Shown piece after piece: positions 8,656 through 16,449 of a stretch of 32,249 nt of DNA (position 1 is the stretch's first letter; each line of letters begins with the position of its first letter). A program made the translations under genes and the position numbers. This DNA is from Thermoplasmatales archaeon (GTDB lineage Archaea; Thermoplasmatota; JASEFT01; JAUWIS01), in the NCBI GenBank assembly GCA_030019485.1, contig JASEEW010000002.1, forward strand, positions 1 to 32,249, written 5' to 3'. The notes below the pieces were generated by a model that did no database searches, was not told where the DNA came from, and worked only from the letters and a program-made list of their open reading frames with translations.

Positions 8656-9028
8656 GAAAAAGAAAACCATCTGCATCATCTGTCCAATTGGATGCAGGAT
8701 GCAGGTGAAAATGCATGGAAAGCAAATCGAGATTATAGAAGGAAACAAGTGCAAAAAAGGTGCGGAATATGCACAGGAGGAGGTATTAAATCCCAGGCGG
8801 GTGCTGACAAGTTCTGTGCTCATTCTTGGTGGTGAACTGCCAATTGTTAGCGTGAAAACTTTGGCTCCTATCCCAAAGGAAAAAGTATTTGATGCGCTGG
8901 CTGAGATTAAGAGGACCGTGGTCAACGCCCCTGTCAGGTCAGGGGATGTAATAATCAAAAATGTAGCTGATACTGGCATAAACATTGTCGCTACCAAGGC
9001 AGTTCCAAGAAAAAATATGAGTTTATAA
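8648..9028 (+). CDS. DUF1667 domain protein, the third member of the oxidoreductase trio
   Basis: Sequence: TICIICPIGCRMQV...GNKCKKGAEYAQEEVLNPRRVLTSSV. There is an 8-nt overlap with the upstream gene. Confidence 0.8.
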   Translation: MAEKKKTICIICPIGCRMQVKMHGKQIEIIEGNKCKKGAEYAQEEVLNPRRVLTSSVLILGGELPIVSVKTLAPIPKEKVFDALAEIKRTVVNAPVRSGDVIIKNVADTGINIVATKAVPRKNMSL

Positions 9029-10267
9029 AATCCTGGGCACGGTTATACTTCCATCCATTAAAAACAGAACCTTAGCATCAGAGCCTTTTATTTTCAATGC
9101 CTTGTCTACTGCTTCCTGAATATTATGAAAAGGCTTTATAAACACACTATTCATTGTTTCATCTGGCAGGTCTGTTACCCCCCACATCTCAGCCCAGGTT
9201 GCTATCTCTGCCATCCTGGCTGCCTTATGATAACCGAGTTTATAATCCTTATCAATTGTTTCCAGCATCTCTTCAGGGGTTTTATAACTCGAGAGCAGTT
9301 TAAAGAAAACAGGGTCTCCAATACCTGTCCTGCACTTTGAAACCATAATTAGGATACCACCATCCTTTAATGCAAGCTTGCCATTCTCCAGTGCCTTCTG
9401 GGACTGGTATAAATCAACATCCATTGGATAAGGGGCAACTGACACGACTATATCTGCCTTTTCTTTTATCTTCACACAGAACACATCATTTGCCTTGGAT
9501 ATGGCAGCAAGGAACGAATCATGTATATGACCAGCGGTTGCAGCATAGATTCTGCGCTCCCTGTCAAGCACTGTTTGAATGGAGAATATCTCTTTATCCT
9601 TGATGGTTTTCAGGGCATCTATCATATCCTCATGCACCGGGTTTCCCTCCAATGCGAGTGCCCTGGCCTCAGGTCTCAGGGCATACCTATGGTTTTGCTC
9701 TATGGTTTTATAAGAGGCGATTCCTGGGAGAAAAGATTTTCTGCCACCCGTATACCCGGCAAAATAATGTGGCTCAACCGAGCCTACAGGAACAAGTTTA
9801 TGTGCCTCAACCCCCATCTTGTTCACCCACATCTCGGTCCCATTCTTTGAAGTTCCTATATAAACCATATCTTCATTCTTCTTTGAGTTATGTACATAGA
9901 TTCTATCTTTAAATTCCTCGTAATATTTACCAAGTATGAACTGGAACTCCTCCTCTGTCGGGGCTCGATGAACGCCTGTGGCAACTATAAATTTAATATT
10001 TTTATTTTTTATTTTATCATAAACTACATCTATTACCCTTGCAGTTGGTGTCGGGCGCGTAGCATCGTTTACTATAAACAATAAATCTTTTGCGTTCGCT
10101 ATAAATTGATCAAAGGTTTCTGAGTTCACTGGGTGGCTGAGCGCGCGTTGAACTATGTTTTTTTCGTCACCGCTCTCTACTGGGTTGGGATGAACAATTT
10201 GTGATACATTCTTTTCGTCAATGTCCACCGCTATGTGCTCCCTGCCGTACGGCACTTGAATCCGCAT
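9023..10267 (-). CDS. LarA-like (nickel-dependent lactate racemase family, DUF2088) protein
   Basis: Motifs: MRIQVPYGREHIAVDID, NDATRPTPT, HYFAGYTGGRKS. The start is moved to the ATG at 10265-10267, which is preceded by GGAGGG. The track ORF extends to 10354. Confidence 0.8.
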   Translation of the reverse strand: MRIQVPYGREHIAVDIDEKNVSQIVHPNPVESGDEKNIVQRALSHPVNSETFDQFIANAKDLLFIVNDATRPTPTARVIDVVYDKIKNKNIKFIVATGVHRAPTEEEFQFILGKYYEEFKDRIYVHNSKKNEDMVYIGTSKNGTEMWVNKMGVEAHKLVPVGSVEPHYFAGYTGGRKSFLPGIASYKTIEQNHRYALRPEARALALEGNPVHEDMIDALKTIKDKEIFSIQTVLDRERRIYAATAGHIHDSFLAAISKANDVFCVKIKEKADIVVSVAPYPMDVDLYQSQKALENGKLALKDGGILIMVSKCRTGIGDPVFFKLLSSYKTPEEMLETIDKDYKLGYHKAARMAEIATWAEMWGVTDLPDETMNSVFIKPFHNIQEAVDKALKIKGSDAKVLFLMDGSITVPRIL

Positions 10268-10360
10268 TTTTCCCTCCACTATTTTCAACAACTTTGTAAC
10301 CGTATCTACCTGATGATTATTATTTTTTGTTGTATGGAAAGTATGACTTTCCATCCACTC

Positions 10361-10383
10361 AAAAATTTATTTCATAAATTTTT
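10361..10383. promoter_or_regulatory. AT-rich perfect palindrome AAAAATTTAT-TTC-ATAAATTTTT in the divergent intergenic region. It may represent back-to-back TATA elements.
   Basis: Read directly. It lies between the larA-like start and the small ORF at 10425. Confidence 0.25.
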
Positions 10384-10424
10384 TCGCCACAATGTTTATT
10401 AGGAAGAAACACTGATTATGTTGT

Positions 10425-10622
10425 ATGGTTGTCAGAACGTTCAAAACATACTGCCCTAAAAAGGCAAAAGAGGTAACAAGCACTGAATGCAATTCGTGCG
10501 AGGAGAGAATATCATTTGGTGAGCTTCATTCAAATGTGGTGTGCAAGCTTGGAAAGGACCCAAGGGAAATAGATGCCATGGAGATGCTGAGGCAGCTTAA
10601 AAGAAAGAGTGTGTGGGAATAA
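10425..10622 (+). CDS. Small hypothetical 4-Cys protein (65 aa)
   Basis: ATG-initiated ORF with Cys10, Cys22, Cys25 and Cys40. I recognise no family. Confidence 0.4.
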   Translation: MVVRTFKTYCPKKAKEVTSTECNSCEERISFGELHSNVVCKLGKDPREIDAMEMLRQLKRKSVWE

Positions 10623-10653
10623 ATTATTTCTTGGATTTTGACATAAATTTGAG

Positions 10654-11346
10654 TTAATGTTCTCCTATCACTACGCCTATGCTTGACCGTCTCATTCCTT
10701 TATTTCTCATGTCTTTTCCTAAACCCTTAATCTCCTCAATATATTTTTTTGATACACCATAACTATTCATTAATGTAACAATTCCTTCGATGCTCTCGTC
10801 TACTTTCTGGGGTGGTATCCTATTTTTTTCTCTAAATTTTTCACAAACCACAATCCCCAAGCTGCATTTTTCCATCAGTTTTTTCCAATACATAATTTCT
10901 TGATGATCCTCAAATTTACCAATACTATGCATTGCCTTAGACCACACATCATCATATCTTTTGTTAACAGGTTCTTGACCAGGCATTGGCTCAACTATCA
11001 TAACCTTTTTAGAAACCCTGGCCATTTCTGAAACAACATTCAAATGCAATCTTGGATTAATTTCATGAAGAGTGAAAAAAGCAACTGACAAATCAAAAAC
11101 AGAGTTTTTAAAAGGCAAATGGGGTGCATTACACTGAACCAACTTATCAAGATTTTTTTGTTTAATCAAATTATTTAAATCAAAATCTACTGCCACAACC
11201 TTAGCACCTAGTTCAATGAGTTTTCTGGTAGAGAGGCCTTTATCGCCAACGCCTATATCAAGCGCTAATCCTTTTTCTATCTTTGGAAGAGCCCATATTT
11301 TTTGCTCTATCATCTTCTGCTCTTTTTCATATTCAGAAATCTTCAT
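10654..11346 (-). CDS. Class I SAM-dependent methyltransferase
   Basis: Motif I is ALDIGVGDKG, followed by an acidic loop VVAVDFD. 230 aa. Confidence 0.75.
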   Translation of the reverse strand: MKISEYEKEQKMIEQKIWALPKIEKGLALDIGVGDKGLSTRKLIELGAKVVAVDFDLNNLIKQKNLDKLVQCNAPHLPFKNSVFDLSVAFFTLHEINPRLHLNVVSEMARVSKKVMIVEPMPGQEPVNKRYDDVWSKAMHSIGKFEDHQEIMYWKKLMEKCSLGIVVCEKFREKNRIPPQKVDESIEGIVTLMNSYGVSKKYIEEIKGLGKDMRNKGMRRSSIGVVIGEH

Positions 11347-11353
11347 TTTATAA

Positions 11354-12115
11354 TCATCTCATTATTCTTTTAATAATACCCGGAATTTTGTCCAGTCTGT
11401 CAGTGATGAAATCAGGAGAACCCCTTGAGATATCTGTCAAACTCCGCAACATGGAATTTCCTCGTAAAATTCTTACCGAAAAACCTTCGGTTGCGGAGTT
11501 TGTATGACTGTCTGAAAAAAATATTGTTTTCATCCCGACATTTTTTCCTCCTGCAATGTCCCTGTCTATTTTATCACCAACATAAATTGATTCGTTTCCA
11601 GTACATTCTGCTTTCTTTAGCGCTGTGTTGAATATTCTCTTATCAGGCTTCCGATAACCAACCTCTTCAGATGTTGTAATAGAATCAAAAATATTCTTGA
11701 TGTTTAATGCTTTCAGTTGGTTATAAAGGTAATCGCTGTCAATATCAGAAATCATTCCAAGATGAAAACTGTTCTTTTTAACCCATGACAGTACCTCAAC
11801 AGCGCCAGGATAAAGGCGCACATGTTTCCTGTGCATTTTCAGGTACTCATCCCAAAACCATTCGTAATCCGGTTTTTTGTTTTTCAATATTTTCATGAAC
11901 GCATTCATTATATTTTCTCTCCCAAAATTCTTCCTGTACTCCACCGGTGTCGGGTAGGAATGAGTATGTCCCCTGTAGTTCTTTAACAATTTTTCCACAG
12001 GTTCATTCAAACCATATCTGTTTTTCACAGATTCCATTAAATGATAATGCGCTGACTCATCACTTTCAACACTTATTAGCGTTCCGCCGAAATCAAAGAA
12101 AACCGCCTTGAGCAT
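11354..12115 (-). CDS. HAD-superfamily hydrolase (subfamily IA-like)
   Basis: Motifs: MLKAVFFDFGGTL (motif I), MISDID, and YVGDKIDRDIAGGKNVGM (motifs III/IV). The start is set at the ATG at 12113-12115. The track ORF begins at an upstream TTG. Confidence 0.8.
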   Translation of the reverse strand: MLKAVFFDFGGTLISVESDESAHYHLMESVKNRYGLNEPVEKLLKNYRGHTHSYPTPVEYRKNFGRENIMNAFMKILKNKKPDYEWFWDEYLKMHRKHVRLYPGAVEVLSWVKKNSFHLGMISDIDSDYLYNQLKALNIKNIFDSITTSEEVGYRKPDKRIFNTALKKAECTGNESIYVGDKIDRDIAGGKNVGMKTIFFSDSHTNSATEGFSVRILRGNSMLRSLTDISRGSPDFITDRLDKIPGIIKRIMR

Positions 12116-12155
12116 AACAGGAAATTGGCATAGGATGATGATAAAATTTTCCAAG

Positions 12156-14738
12156 CTATAATGTTTTTAACTCTTCCTCCACTTCCTTAATCTTTTCTAT
12201 GTTGTCTAACTGTTTGTATGTTGTTAAAGCATGACCGAAGTATTCTTTTGCCTTATTTCTTTCCCCTTTCGACTTGTGCATTTTCCCATACTCAAAGTAT
12301 ATCTGGGATAAAAACTCGATGTCTTTGTTTTCTTCAGCCATGCTCATAGACCTTTTGAAATGCGATGTTGCCAGCTCCCATTTTTTTCTGTTTCTGTGTA
12401 TTATACCGTAGTTCAAATGGCATTGTGTAAGCATCCTTTTTTCATCAAGGCGTTCAAAAATCTTTAATGCCTTATCTGTGTAATCTATTGCTTTATCCAG
12501 CATCCCTTTCCTTGTATATCCCTCTGCTGCATTGCTCATCCCGTAACCGGTCATTCTCACATCACCAATTTCATTGCTGATTTTTATACATTTCTCATAC
12601 CATTCTATTGACCTGTCAATATCTTTCTTTCCATCATAAACTGCGCCAAGGTTGTTATATATTTTTGCAATTTCATGTTTGTCCCCTGTTTTGTCTGCAG
12701 CGTCAAGCGCTTTCATCATTATTTCAATACCTTTATCATATCCTCCTTTCGACCAGTATGCAACACCCATTGTTCTGTATGTTTTTACCATCAGTGATAT
12801 GTCACCAATCTTCTGGCAGAAGTCAAGGCATAGTTTAAAGTTGTTCATTGCGTCATCAATCTTTCCTTTGCGCAGATGCACGACCCCCATCCCGTAGTAT
12901 GCATCCGCTGCACCGTGAACATCGTTGATTTTCTTTGAAATTTTTAAAGCATGGTTTAGATTTTTTAGCGCTTCATCATATTTCCCCCTTGGAAAACAGA
13001 TTTTTGCTATACCAAGGTATGCCTCAACACTCTCCTTTTCATCACCAGCAGCAAATTCCAGTAATAGTTTGTAATACCTCAATGAGTCATCCCATTTTCC
13101 CATGACCTCAGAGGCTTTTCCTTTAAGGAGCAATATGGGTAAACGCTGTTTTTGAAACTGTTTTTCATCAAGTTCTTTTAATATATGCATAAACCCCTCT
13201 GCATACCCTGATTTTATGATACTAAAACCGTTTTCAACAGCAGTTTCTCCAGCCTTTTCGTTGTTTTCTGCTTTAAGAAGATGGTGCATGTATTCAATTC
13301 TAGCATCTTCACCTTTCTCATTTTCATAGTATTCTGCCGCAATGCCATGATAATATTTTTTATGTTTTAGGTTCAGTCTGCTGTAGCAGAAATCCCTGAG
13401 AATCTCGTGGATGCCATAAATGTTGTCCAGTCTTTGAAGCAATGATTTTTCTGTAAGACTGTCTATTGTGTCATAATCTATGTCCTCGACAAGCAATGCC
13501 CTTGGATAAAAAGGGTACCTGAACACTGATGCAATTTCAAGCACCTTCCTCTCAGGTTCATTTAGTCTTTTAAAGATTTCATCCCTCAAAAACTCCTCAG
13601 CCTCAATTGCTGTTTCTGGTGATATCAGTTCCAGCATAAGTGGATGTCCTTTTGTCAAAGAATAAAGTTTATCCAAATCTTTTTTTATTCCTCTGTGCAT
13701 AAGCAGTTTTTCACTGCTTCTTTTATCAAGCTCCTTTAATTTCATTTCCAATATATTTTTTTTCACAACAGCATCCTTCCTGCCGTAAAATGATGGAATA
13801 CTCCTGCCTATTACAATTGTTTTTGAACCTGTTCCCAGCTCCTTAAACGAGGAGAAGAAATCAACCACTCTTTTGTTTGCATTTTCAAAATTGTCAAACA
13901 CAAGTAGCATGTTTTCATTCATTTCCTCCTCCAAAAGTATCATTATTTCCTCAATTTTAACCTCCCAGATTTCCATGTAACTCCTCAGTTTTTCCTTCCC
14001 AATTTTTGAAAGAAACTTTGACAGCTTTGCAAGCATGCCTTCCAGTGTGCTGAAAGGATAAAACCTGTGCCAGAAAACATTTCCTTTACATCCTTCTAAA
14101 ACCTTTGACACAACAGCAGTCTTGCCAACACCCGCGATGCCTTTGATAACAAGAATCCCTGCCCCTGACTCTATGAAGTTTGATATTTCCTTTAACTCTT
14201 CTTCCCTTCCAACAAAATATTTAACCTCAGGTTTTCTCTCAGAAAAATTAACCTCTTTTTTAATCTCAAGAACATCCTCCAAATCAAGAAAATCATCAGG
14301 CAGAATATGTTTCAACACGTTTGTATGATTTATTTCCATTTTTCCTTTAGATTTTTTTTTCAGATAATCAACTACTTCTCCTATTTTCATCTCTCTAATC
14401 CTGTTTTTCTCCCTAACATTTAAGGTTTTTTTATCAACTTCCTTTTTTAATTCCTTTGCTTTCATAATACCATCGGATGTAAGGAAATAAAAACTTCTGA
14501 ATCTGCCTGTCTCAAGGAGATGAAAACGCTTTTCCTCAATTAATCCCTCTTTTTTAAGAAGTTTTAATCCCTCTGAAACAAGCCTGTGTGAAATATTTCC
14601 CTCCTCCTCCATCCCAGACTGGGAGAAAACAAGCACGGGTTTTGAAGAAAGCTGCTCGTTTATGTGATCATGCAAAAGAATAAGGATTTTCTCCCTGCCA
14701 GAGAGCTTGAGCATAAAAGTAAAACAGCATTTCTGCAT
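12156..14738 (-). CDS. Winged-helix (wHTH) plus STAND/NB-ARC-like NTPase plus TPR-repeat protein (860 aa)
   Basis: The N-terminus is LSGREKILILL...ISHRLVSEGLKLLKKEGLIEEKR...YFLTSDG (wHTH). Further motifs are FVGREEELKEI, Walker A GIAGVGKT, Walker B MLLVFDNF and a GxP motif TKGHPLMLELI. The C-terminal region of about 320 aa consists of TPR-like repeats. Confidence 0.85.
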   Translation of the reverse strand: MQKCCFTFMLKLSGREKILILLHDHINEQLSSKPVLVFSQSGMEEEGNISHRLVSEGLKLLKKEGLIEEKRFHLLETGRFRSFYFLTSDGIMKAKELKKEVDKKTLNVREKNRIREMKIGEVVDYLKKKSKGKMEINHTNVLKHILPDDFLDLEDVLEIKKEVNFSERKPEVKYFVGREEELKEISNFIESGAGILVIKGIAGVGKTAVVSKVLEGCKGNVFWHRFYPFSTLEGMLAKLSKFLSKIGKEKLRSYMEIWEVKIEEIMILLEEEMNENMLLVFDNFENANKRVVDFFSSFKELGTGSKTIVIGRSIPSFYGRKDAVVKKNILEMKLKELDKRSSEKLLMHRGIKKDLDKLYSLTKGHPLMLELISPETAIEAEEFLRDEIFKRLNEPERKVLEIASVFRYPFYPRALLVEDIDYDTIDSLTEKSLLQRLDNIYGIHEILRDFCYSRLNLKHKKYYHGIAAEYYENEKGEDARIEYMHHLLKAENNEKAGETAVENGFSIIKSGYAEGFMHILKELDEKQFQKQRLPILLLKGKASEVMGKWDDSLRYYKLLLEFAAGDEKESVEAYLGIAKICFPRGKYDEALKNLNHALKISKKINDVHGAADAYYGMGVVHLRKGKIDDAMNNFKLCLDFCQKIGDISLMVKTYRTMGVAYWSKGGYDKGIEIMMKALDAADKTGDKHEIAKIYNNLGAVYDGKKDIDRSIEWYEKCIKISNEIGDVRMTGYGMSNAAEGYTRKGMLDKAIDYTDKALKIFERLDEKRMLTQCHLNYGIIHRNRKKWELATSHFKRSMSMAEENKDIEFLSQIYFEYGKMHKSKGERNKAKEYFGHALTTYKQLDNIEKIKEVEEELKTL

Positions 14739-14749
14739 AAAAAGGTTTC

Positions 14750-14801
14750 AGGGTAACATTAGGGTAACATTAGGGTAACATCAGGGTTCATGCTTATATA
14801 A
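14750..14801. repeat. Four tandem 11-bp direct repeats (AGGGTAACATT, AGGGTAACATT, AGGGTAACATC, AGGGTTCATGC) directly abutting a palindromic TATA-like element TTATATAA (14794-14801). This is a likely operator/iteron in the divergent promoter region.
   Basis: Read directly: units start at 14750, 14761, 14772 and 14783. They lie 12-55 bp upstream of the ATG (14736-14738) of the wHTH-STAND gene. Confidence 0.6.
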
Positions 14802-14958
14802 CCCAAATTACAAAGTAGTTTCCGGTGATGAAAATGCAGAACATAAATAAAAAAACGGAACAGGATATTGCCAGAGAGGCTGTTTGGATAGCATCCCTTG
14901 TCTGGGAAATGCAGCACAACACAGACCCCAGAATCCATGTTTATACAGGGGTGATGAT

Positions 14959-16449
14959 ATGAACAGTGAACCTGTTTATGCGCAAATAATGAGGGAAAGA
15001 AAACATCAGAAAACATGGGCCGGTATTGTGGTTTTTTTCGTTGTGCTCTGGGTAGTCATGACACTGGTTGCACTTTACACATGGAGCTCTGGTTTCATGA
15101 CCGCAACTTCTGGTGGTGCGGGTGCGCCAACCTGGTACAAGCAGGAGGTACCTGCTGAGCCTAAAAGCATGGTGATAGGGGCTGTGCTTGACTGCGGGTA
15201 TGTGAGAATAGAGGATAAGCAAGTACCTATATATACCCTGCATTACAATGCCGAATTTATATACAGAAATACAAATACTGAAAAAGCGTATATTCCTCTG
15301 CCCAGCGGCTCTGTTGAAAACCTTGCTGTGAAGCTAAATAATGTTTTAATCCAGCCAAATATTCAGTCACACAAAATAGTGCTGGACCTGCCTGCCGGTG
15401 AGAACACTGTGTATATATCATATACTACAAGAGGCTCATACGAGTATTCCCATTCAGTGCCAAAGGACAGACTCATGGAAAAGTTTTACATGAAACTTGA
15501 AATTAAAAATATAAAATACGATAGAAATTTACCAAGCGAATGCCTAGAGCCTGATAAAGAGTACATATCAGATGGGAATACTGTGTTTGAGTGGGATAAA
15601 AAGGATGCTGTTCTCAGGAAGGAGATAATAGTCGAACTACCTGAATGGAAAAACCCGTTTGACACGTATTTATCACTGCTCCCTTGGATATTCCTCCTGT
15701 TATTCCTCCTTGGTTTGTTCTACTATGAGGCATTCAGGAGAACAAATATGCAGTTGAACATTGAATCCTTTGGATTCCTGATAGTGCCGTTCATACTACT
15801 GATGCTCTCAGTACCTGCCCTTGTTGTTTACATAGATGTGGAATATGCTGTAGGTTTTTCCATAATATTTGCTGTTGCAGCAATGTTTGTGATAAAGAAA
15901 AAGGTTCTCATGGTAACAAAAGCATTCCTTGATATTTTCCTCCTTCCCGCACTTGCATTAATTTCTGTCTGCACGTTTGTTACTGTTTCAGCACCATACG
16001 GCGGAACAATTGGAATAATATGCATTATCTTATCAGTCCTAGTCGGTGTTAAATTCTTCAAGGAGAATAAGGGCCCAAAGGAAAAAATATCCATTGACAG
16101 CATCCTGACAAAAATCCAGTCATTGTCCGATGAAAAAAAACAGGTTGAAACAGTGCTGGAAAATGAGAGAAAGGAAAAGGAGCTCCTGAAAGAAAGAATA
16201 AAGAAAGGCGTGTTCGCAAAAAATTTCTGCCTCTACTGCAAATCCATTGTGAAACCAGATTTTGACTTCTGCCCAAAATGCGGAAAGGAGATAAAGTACA
16301 TAGAAAAATGTGAAAAATGCGGCTCACTTGTTCATTCTGAAATCGGCTTATACTGCCCTAACTGCGGTGAACCTTTAAAGAAAGGGTTAAATGCAGGTAT
16401 GAACCTTGCTTTTATGGAGGGAGACTATGGCAGAGCTGGAGAAATGTAA
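14959..16449 (+). CDS. Multi-pass membrane protein (1 TM, extracytoplasmic domain of about 210 aa, 5 TM) with a cytoplasmic coiled coil and a C-terminal double zinc ribbon
   Basis: The start is set at ATG 14959 (MNSEPVYAQ), preceded by GGTGAT at 14949-14954. Hydrophobic segments are WAGIVVFFVVLWVVMTLVALY, LLPWIFLLLFLLGLFYY, FGFLIVPFILLMLSVPALVVY, AVGFSIIFAVAAMFVI, IFLLPALALISVCTFVTV and IGIICIILSVLVGV. The zinc ribbons are CLYCKS...CPKCG and CEKCGS...CPNCG. Confidence 0.8.
   Translation: MNSEPVYAQIMRERKHQKTWAGIVVFFVVLWVVMTLVALYTWSSGFMTATSGGAGAPTWYKQEVPAEPKSMVIGAVLDCGYVRIEDKQVPIYTLHYNAEFIYRNTNTEKAYIPLPSGSVENLAVKLNNVLIQPNIQSHKIVLDLPAGENTVYISYTTRGSYEYSHSVPKDRLMEKFYMKLEIKNIKYDRNLPSECLEPDKEYISDGNTVFEWDKKDAVLRKEIIVELPEWKNPFDTYLSLLPWIFLLLFLLGLFYYEAFRRTNMQLNIESFGFLIVPFILLMLSVPALVVYIDVEYAVGFSIIFAVAAMFVIKKKVLMVTKAFLDIFLLPALALISVCTFVTVSAPYGGTIGIICIILSVLVGVKFFKENKGPKEKISIDSILTKIQSLSDEKKQVETVLENERKEKELLKERIKKGVFAKNFCLYCKSIVKPDFDFCPKCGKEIKYIEKCEKCGSLVHSEIGLYCPNCGEPLKKGLNAGMNLAFMEGDYGRAGEM

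Noticed and set aside
14750-14793. Tandem repeats considered as a possible mini-CRISPR or satellite
   Set aside because: The units are 11 bp and directly abutting, with no spacers. Their position inside a divergent promoter fits a regulator-binding array instead.
14884-14958. N-terminal extensions of track ORFs that begin at non-ATG or upstream codons (14884, 16406, 7336, 10354, 12154, 23466, 25264, 26628, 31021)
   Set aside because: Internal ATGs preceded by GGTGAT/GGAGG-type ribosome-binding motifs, or forming ATGA stop-start overlaps, align with the conserved family N-termini. The extensions would also overlap upstream genes.
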